From Octopus sinensis (Eukaryota): a stretch of 7,967 bases of DNA. The notes under the pieces were generated by a model. The model did not search any database. It saw nothing but the letters and a program-made list of their open reading frames with translations, and had not been told where the DNA came from. This document shows positions 7,205-7,967 of the stretch, piece after piece. A program made the translations under genes and the position numbers. How positions within the stretch are numbered: the first letter of the stretch is position 1; each line of letters begins with the position of its first letter. The DNA lies in contig NW_021828628.1 in the NCBI RefSeq assembly GCF_006345805.1, positions 1 to 7,967 of the forward strand, in the 5' to 3' direction.

Positions 7205-7575
7205 TAAAAAAAAAGTACAAAGCGAAAGATGGAAAGAAGGAAGAGAAAAAAGAAAGAAGAAGAAAAAGAAAAAGAAGCAGTGACTTTGCAAATGAGGGTG
7301 GGGAAATAATGAAGAGTTAGAAACAAGACGAGAATGCTATCACGAAGAAGGAGGTGAAAAGAGATGACACACACACATATACATATACATACATACATAC
7401 ATACATACATACATACATACTCATATCTACAGCCACTCACATAAACGTTCATACGTGACAGGTACATTCTCACATGCGCATGCATACACACACACACACA
7501 CATATACACATGCACATATATATATACACACAGACACGCATACACACGCACACATATATATATACACATACACAC
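7200..7575. repeat. Purine-rich (GA/GAA) tract followed by a (CA)n/(TACA)n microsatellite field
   Basis: Read directly. Confidence 0.88.
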
Positions 7576-7967
7576 TTCTTCGAATGATTTAATGATAGAC
7601 TGCGCTCTACTTCCGGTTGAAAAATAATGACACAGTGTTGAAATTAAATTCCGGTTTGCTGCTAACGTAATTTATTAGTAGAGGCTGCCTCCTGTGCGTC
7701 TGTCTGGGAATAAACACGAAAAATGCAAAGTACATTTCAACACCGTTCAAACTGGTAACATCCTACGTCTGATTAGTAGTGGTTCGATAGTATGCTGTGC
7801 TATTTAAAAATTTTCTTAAGGTCCACGAGATGTCTAAACGTAGCTGCCTCAAGTCAGTTTCAGTTACGTTGGTTTGTATTAAACCTGGCTTCGGATCCTG
7901 TCTCCGAGAGAACGTTCTATTTAATTAACGTTGAATATCAGAAACGGTGTCTTTGATGGCATATTTC

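Noticed and set aside
503-7575. ORFs rich in VC, HT, YI or LSIY repeats (e.g. 503-775, 3326-3658, 5847-6314, 6649-6954, 7198-7575) as genes
   Set aside because: They are translations of stop-free microsatellites and SINEs, with no domain signal.

Overview
Eukaryotic, repeat-saturated non-coding DNA (intergenic or intronic), most likely from an octopus or other coleoid cephalopod, inferred from the tRNA-derived SINE set and the very high microsatellite density. I see no intact protein-coding gene; the listed ORFs are translations of microsatellites, SINEs or decayed transposons. The window holds 8 SINE copies or fragments from about 4 families (two nested inside other SINEs, two forming an inverted pair about 92% identical), a mariner-derived hairpin MITE that keeps the last 20 codons of its transposase, and the 3' relic of a CR1-type LINE. 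The least obvious feature is a heavily decayed, nearly full-length piggyBac transposase on the minus strand (about 2800-5425), split into pieces by later SINE and microsatellite insertions. A degenerate Penelope-type minimal hammerhead ribozyme motif lies near 7.2 kb. I found no convincing new biological system. All family assignments come from motif recognition by eye and need Dfam/HMM confirmation.
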